DNA of 63,372 bases, counting the filler, from Globobulimina sp. (taxonomy: Eukaryota): NCBI GenBank assembly GCA_003354225.1. It is 33 parts of 33 records of this genome, joined end to end, with 100 filler letters (N's around TTAATTAATTAA, not from the genome) between each part and the next. Parts side by side here need not be neighbours in the genome. Positions count along the whole stretch, not along the records: positions 57,707 to 59,528 come from PIVH01011533.1; positions 59,629 to 61,450 come from PIVH01011534.1; positions 61,551 to 63,372 come from PIVH01011535.1; 30 more parts are not named here. One strand, 5' to 3'. Both the position numbers and the translations under genes were made by a program. Shown piece after piece: positions 57,707 to 63,372 of the stretch. The notes below the pieces were generated by a model that was not told the DNA's origin, did no database searches, and worked only from the letters and a program-made list of their open reading frames with translations. Each line of letters starts with the position of its first letter. Positions within the stretch are counted from its first letter, which is position 1.

Positions 57707-59526
57707 ATGATATGGGAGCAGACGCCGGGGAAAACATCCTCCGATCTGCCGCCATGCCGCGCACATTCAAAGCACTCATAAGTCTCCGCATCCATATCGC
57801 AGTCACCTTTGGTAATCCAGGCACATAAATAAAAATTGCCAGTCATATAATATGCATTGTTGATCTCGCCATTATCTCCGTATTCGCACGCGGCACAATC
57901 CGCAGATACGCCGTATTGAAATACCGCTTTAATATCACGGTTTTCAAAGGGCAAAAACCACTGTCTCCACGTACTAAAATCATCTAAACTCGGCCCTCCG
58001 ATGCCAATGTCATACATATAAAAGGAGGAGAAATATTTGCTGTACGATTCAAAGGATAGAGACGGATCTAAAATAGTTGTACCATCGACACACGTCACTG
58101 GTAATAAGGGATAATCGTTTGGTTCGTACAAACCGTACGGTAATATATACTGTATGCCGTCTGCCAAATTGTTACACGCCGAGGGCACAGTGGTCAGTTC
58201 CTGCGGTGTGATATGCAATGAATCCAAACACGTGGCATGTCCCGATATCGTTTCCTGTTCAATGCTGACAAAGTCGTCGATCTTATATTCGTTGTTATAT
58301 TCTATAGCGCCGAGGATTAGATTTACCGGACACGCAGTGGCTATTTTATTGGGCAAATCGCTGAACGTCAACGAGTTGACTGCTAAGTGTGTGCCAGCTG
58401 CGATATTTGCGATATTAATTTTAGCCGTATCCGATAGAGTTAGTATGGCCTCGCGCAATATGCATAAGCCTGTACTTATACCATTGTAAGACTCGATATT
58501 ATTTATATTTATTTCGTTTTCCAACACCACATTGCCGCTGTTGATGATAACCATGCCGTAGTTATCCGTGCCAGTATACCCTAATTGCACTTGCGAGTCT
58601 TGATGGCCATTGCCCTTCAAATACGAGCCACACTTTTCCGCATCGCCTAAGCTGCCGATATTGATCAGATTTTCTATATTGATATTACTCAATTTCGCGT
58701 CCTCAATGCCGTCGATGCGCAGACCAATCGGCCCCTTATTTACATGTAACTGTATGTCCGTGTTGCAGCTCCACATCACATCGTTCATATAATCCAATGA
58801 CAGCTCGCCAGACGTCCAGCGTTGGAACCTTTTGCCCATATCAGTGTGCGACAAAGCGGACCATGAGTCTGTGACGCGGGCAAATGCCAACTGTGCGTCG
58901 CTAAATGGAGTGCCAATATAATGCAAAAAGCCGTCGCTATCCACATACGACGCCACATCCGCATCAAAAACATCTGCGAAGGGCCCTCGCACCGTAAAAG
59001 GCGAATTGCTCAGCGCAAACTTACATTTTTCAATAGGGTTCAGTCGGAAATCATGAATGTTTATATTCTCAATCTCAATGTTTGACGCATATCTCGGCGC
59101 AGTACCTAAGCCCATCACAGCTCCGCCGTAGCCATTCAGCAATATGCCATACACCACTCCGCCATCCGAGACTCGCTCTGTGTTCCCAAATTCCAGCATG
59201 GCCAACTGATACAACTGCCAATCCGCGGAGGTCTCATCATATTCATAGCCCAGCACCTCTTGGTTGTAGATGATATTCAGAGCGTCCACCACGCGGTCAA
59301 TGATAGTCTTGATCTTCTTCCTCTCGCCATTCACCTGGATGTAGGACTGGCCATGCTCTTCCACCAACTGCTTGTACCTCGGCAGCATAGCTCTGGCGTG
59401 CAAATACCGGCCCGTCACTGCGCAGTCTTGATTGTTCGGCCCAATGTCCAAATTACGCAAGATCACGTCCTGAAAGCCGCTCAGCGACACACCTGCGACA
59501 TCAAAATTGTTAAAGGTGACATCTTC
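57707..59526 (-). CDS. Right-handed beta-helix protein with Cys-rich C-terminal domain (partial at both ends)
   Basis: Open throughout; FDVAGVSLSGFQDVILRNLDI, NIEIENINIH and LSNINIENL beta-helix repeats. Confidence 0.7.
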
Positions 59527-59628
59527 GANNNNNNNNNNNNNNNNNNNNNNNNNNNNNNNNNNNNNNNNNNNNTTAATTAATTAANNNNNNNNNNNNNNNN
59601 NNNNNNNNNNNNNNNNNNNNNNNNNNNN

Positions 59629-60465
59629 AATGTATCGAAATCGGTATCGATTCCAAAAACTGAGCACATAAATGATAATAATGATGATGATGAATGTGAT
59701 GACGATGACGATGACGATATTGATTTAGCAGATATTGAACAGGAATTATTACACATTGGTGACCAATTTGTGACGCGAGGCGGTCCAAATGACGATATTG
59801 ATGATGATATGCAGACGATTGCAGTGGAAGATATTGACAAAGAATTACAAGAAATATTGCATAATGAAGAGGAAGTAGCGGATGTATTGCATCAAGAACT
59901 TGATATGGAAATAGATATAAATGAGGATAATATTGATGAAGAATTGCAAGAAATATTGCATAAAGAAGAGGAAATATCGGATGTGTTGCATCAAGAACTC
60001 GATATGGAAATAAATATAAATATAAATGGGGATAATAATGATAATGATTTTGAACAATATGAAGACGATGATATGATACCAGTAAAAGAACAAAATATAG
60101 AAACATCATTGGAGATGAATGTGAATGGAAATGAAGAAATAAATATAACCGAAACGGATAATGATATGTTATCAATAAATATGGAACCAGCGAATCATTT
60201 TAATGTAAAGAATGAAGGTAATAATCAACATAAATCACCAACGAAATTGGTTTTTAATGATGATGTATTGGCATTTAATGAAATAAATAAAGTGGTTTAC
60301 AATATATTGTCAACAGCGAGCGAAGAAGAGAAGAAGGTGTTAAGTAAAAAGAATTTGAGGAAGTTGGTTGCAAAACAACTCAATATTTCAAAGAATAAAT
60401 ATAAACATATCATTGATAAATGCGGCAAAGATTTTGTTTCTAATCTTAGCAAACAAAGAGTGTGA
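59629..60465 (+). CDS. Acidic repeat protein with C-terminal DEK_C-like domain (5' partial)
   Basis: Two 33-aa (99-bp) repeats IDxELQEILHxEEE..DVLHQELDMEI; INKVVYNIL...LSKKNLRKLVAKQLNI...K.II. Confidence 0.6.
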   Translation, partial: NVSKSVSIPKTEHINDNNDDDECDDDDDDDIDLADIEQELLHIGDQFVTRGGPNDDIDDDMQTIAVEDIDKELQEILHNEEEVADVLHQELDMEIDINEDNIDEELQEILHKEEEISDVLHQELDMEINININGDNNDNDFEQYEDDDMIPVKEQNIETSLEMNVNGNEEINITETDNDMLSINMEPANHFNVKNEGNNQHKSPTKLVFNDDVLAFNEINKVVYNILSTASEEEKKVLSKKNLRKLVAKQLNISKNKYKHIIDKCGKDFVSNLSKQRV

Positions 60466-60714
60466 TACTAAATCATTCCAATTCACTGTTAAATCACTGT
60501 TCCATCATTGAAATGTCATATTTTTTAAATGCCACGCCATTTTGGGCAAGATCAACTTTTTCAGTGTGGAGAGCCAAGATCCGTACAATTTCACGTGATA
60601 ATATCGTTTGTGCTGTATTTTTCCTTCGTACCTTGGGCGTAAAATTCTCAGTTAGCGCCTTCTGGAACGCACTCATTATCTGGTGAAAATTCTTCAAATA
60701 CACAGTTTTGAGTG

Positions 60715-61450
60715 ATGGACAATGCTGCCAGGAAAAGACGATCACAATTATTAGTAAGTGGATACGTTAGAAACTGTAGCACTCAATACATCCATACTGA
60801 TATTATTAGCATCATTCACGCATTCCATTATTTTATCCTATTGCTGCTATATTCTATCGGTTACAACAAATCGGGGCAACAAGGAAACGGAGGAAACGAA
60901 GATATTAAAAAAATCACAAAAATAAAAACATTTGAAAAAGAAATACAAAATATTGTTACTTGTGGTGATTGGGAATATATTTGGGATGGTGTAGCAGCAT
61001 ATATTTTATTTGATGATGAAACCTATGAATGTTGTGGTGATAATAAAAATGGTGTATTAGGTGTGGGACATTGTAATAATATTAATAAATGGCATCAAAT
61101 GAAAGATATGAAAATAAAAAAAATATTTTCAGCACCAAACGGATCAGAACATTCATTTTGTATTTCAAATGAGAATAAATTATATGCTGTCGGATTGAAT
61201 AATAAGAATCAATTTGGTATACAAACAAAAACAGAAAATAATAATCAATGGACACCAATTAATACATCAGTATCGATTCAAAAAGTAGCAACAACAAAAT
61301 ATTATACAACGTTTTTAAGTACAAATGGTAAAATATATGTTGCTGGTTATGGTTGTTTAGGATTAGGTAAAGATATTAAATCGTCACCAAATTGGAGCTT
61401 GATTTTGCATGCACCACGGACATGTTTTAAAATGATCAACATACAAATTC
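60715..61450 (+). CDS. RCC1-repeat protein with N-terminal LLVSGYVR...DII motif (3' partial)
   Basis: YSIGYNKSGQQG, CGDNKNGVLGVG, LYAVGLNNKNQFG, GKIYVAG. Confidence 0.85.
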
Positions 61451-61550
61451 NNNNNNNNNNNNNNNNNNNNNNNNNNNNNNNNNNNNNNNNNNNNTTAATT
61501 AATTAANNNNNNNNNNNNNNNNNNNNNNNNNNNNNNNNNNNNNNNNNNNN

Positions 61551-61762
61551 TTTTCAAATACAAAATAGGGTGAATTTATTTTTTGTTTGAGATCGGCTGT
61601 GATTATGGATGTGATTAATTCAAATTCGTTTTCTTGATTTAAAAATTTTGGAACGCCTCTGCATTTTAAAAAAATTGATAATTGGTAAAAACGATCCATG
61701 TAAATGTGTGATGGTAGTTGTTGTTCTATGTGGATTTTACAAGCTGTTAAGTCGGTTGCCAT
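61551..61762 (-). CDS. Hypothetical protein, N-terminus (3' partial)
   Basis: ATG-initiated and open to the contig end. Confidence 0.4.
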
Positions 61763-61846
61763 ATTGTTGGCTTATCACGAAAGGATGGTTAAAAATGTAT
61801 ATTATAAAATGTTTTCTTGAGTTTTAGTCACAGCTATATATATTAA

Positions 61847-63372
61847 ATGTATATCTTTGTTTCGCTGTTGGTTGTTTGCGTGTCATCAACTATATTAAAT
61901 CGACAATACCTTAACAATGTATCATTAAATGCTGAAGAAAGTCCGTATTACATTAATAGTGATGTAATTATTCATGAAACAATGTTTATTGCAGCTGGTG
62001 TTGAGATAATATTTAATTATACTTCAACATTACACATTATTGGGTCAATACATGCTTGTAATGATAACAACGTAGATCCGATAAAAATATTCTCATTAGG
62101 TTTCAACATGAATCCAGCCATTAATATTCGGGTTGACCTTGGCGGGAATGCCATTTTCTGCAACATACAATTCGAATCAATGGCAAATGCAATGAATATT
62201 GGCTGTCCATCATTTAATCAATGTGGAAATCAAAGTGGTTCAGTTCAAATATACAACACTTCTTTTCAAAATATACGACATGCAGTCACATTTTCTGATG
62301 ATGGCAACACGGAACATCCAGAAACAACAACTCTTAACATTTTTGATTCTACATTTAATGAAACAAATGTTATTATCAATTCTTCACAACATATGACAAA
62401 TATTAATATTAACTTTAAGAACTGTTTATTTTTAAATTTTGATACTATTTTACTACATTACAATGCAAGAGTAGCTATTACAGATTCTAACATCATTGGC
62501 AATGGAATGCAAACATGTTTAAGTGGAGGAAACGGAATGTTGACAAATGTAACAATCAGGAATTGTAACATTGCAATTGAAATGTTATCAACATTGACAA
62601 CCGGATTTGATATTTTTTATAGTAACTTAAAAGATAATAACATTGGCATTATCTCTGGTGCATATTCAAGCATTTATGGCACAAATTTTCTAAATAATAA
62701 AATAAATATTCAACATACAAGTATTAACGACAGGTTATATGATTATAATTTTTGGGGCACATATAATGAAAATGGAATTGTAGCCAAAATTATGGATGTT
62801 TGCAATGACGAATATAATTATAATTCGACTCAACGCTATGGCTTAATTATTTGGTGGCCGTTTATACCGGCAATCATTGAACAACACAATGACAGTTTTA
62901 TTGAATCCGCAGCAACCGATATAACGCGACATTCATTGGCTTATTGTCAACGACATATATTACCACCATCGGTATATACTTCACATGAATATGCCAATAT
63001 AACTTTGTTAGAGGAAAATAGTCCATTCTATGTGGTATCTGATACAATAATCTGCGATGATTTATATATAAACAGTGGTTCTTATTTAATCTTCACAGGT
63101 GATTATATATTGTTTATCGCCGATGGAATACATACGTGTTTAGCTGCAGTTGGCACTCCGGGTGTGACTATATTTAATGGACAGAATTATGGCATTCCAA
63201 ACGATAAAACACATCGTGGATCAATGATGATCGATGCTGTGAGTGGTGTTGCAACAAATGTATGCTATGTTACATTTACTGGAATGAAATCAGCATTGAT
63301 TATGGCTGGCGGTGGGAGTAAAATTTCAATCTCTCATTGCACATTTAATAATTTACAGTCTGCAATAAGCAG
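61847..63372 (+). CDS. Secreted parallel beta-helix protein with tandem Bark-beetle-like domains (3' partial; absent from the ORF track)
   Basis: Signal peptide MYIFVSLLVVCVSS; SPYYINSDVII...IAAGVEIIF...IIGSIHA; NFWGT...KIMD...GLIIWWPF; second SPFYVVSDTII unit; runs off the window end. Confidence 0.8.
   Translation, partial: MYIFVSLLVVCVSSTILNRQYLNNVSLNAEESPYYINSDVIIHETMFIAAGVEIIFNYTSTLHIIGSIHACNDNNVDPIKIFSLGFNMNPAINIRVDLGGNAIFCNIQFESMANAMNIGCPSFNQCGNQSGSVQIYNTSFQNIRHAVTFSDDGNTEHPETTTLNIFDSTFNETNVIINSSQHMTNININFKNCLFLNFDTILLHYNARVAITDSNIIGNGMQTCLSGGNGMLTNVTIRNCNIAIEMLSTLTTGFDIFYSNLKDNNIGIISGAYSSIYGTNFLNNKINIQHTSINDRLYDYNFWGTYNENGIVAKIMDVCNDEYNYNSTQRYGLIIWWPFIPAIIEQHNDSFIESAATDITRHSLAYCQRHILPPSVYTSHEYANITLLEENSPFYVVSDTIICDDLYINSGSYLIFTGDYILFIADGIHTCLAAVGTPGVTIFNGQNYGIPNDKTHRGSMMIDAVSGVATNVCYVTFTGMKSALIMAGGGSKISISHCTFNNLQSAIS

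Noticed and set aside
1826-61550. TTAATTAATTAA recurring about every 1.92 kb as a biological periodic motif; ORFs ending in X...LIN
   Set aside because: It always sits inside N44 padding and is an artificial six-frame-stop linker; ORFs extending into it are artefacts.
1-63372. Genome-wide stop-codon reassignment (TAA/TAG=Gln or TGA=Trp)
   Set aside because: Conserved genes end in TAA (G-alpha, Prp3) or TGA (MAPK) at expected positions, and long ORFs use CAA/CAG and TGG freely; in-frame stops are rare and local.

Overview
This window is not one locus. It is 33 unrelated contigs of 1822-1825 bp, sorted by decreasing length and joined by an artificial 100-nt linker (N44-TTAATTAATTAA-N44), so only within-contig neighbourhoods are meaningful. 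The DNA is from an AT-rich, gene-dense microbial eukaryote with short (about 48-82 nt) GT-AG introns. Lineage-typical orphan families suggest a foraminiferan (Rhizaria); this is inference. Recognisable genes are PIG-T, NSDHL/ERG26, G-alpha, SV2-like and ProP-like MFS transporters, acyl-CoA dehydrogenase, FPGS/FolC, a Patched/NPC1-like protein, an atypical TxH MAP kinase, a CUE protein, Prp3, BAP31, THOC3, two sulfotransferases, a GT77-like glycosyltransferase, RCC1 and DEK_C proteins and two beta-helix proteins. A DIRS-order retrotransposon (gag plus RT) is also present. A fold-back chimera and two eukaryote-bacterium fusions (a CxxCH cytochrome c and ThuA) point to whole-genome amplification. 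The most striking unexplained structure is a family of fold-back elements whose AT-rich inverted arms (up to 180 bp) enclose a GC-rich T-shaped double hairpin resembling a parvovirus/AAV ITR; the fold is conserved between two copies while the sequence differs. Also notable: other palindromic elements, a zf-PARP/SAP/SAP/PADR1 protein with no catalytic domain, a decayed Stc1-ZnF/RPA-OB/MYND fusion, and head-to-head gene pairs with only 35-84 nt between start codons.
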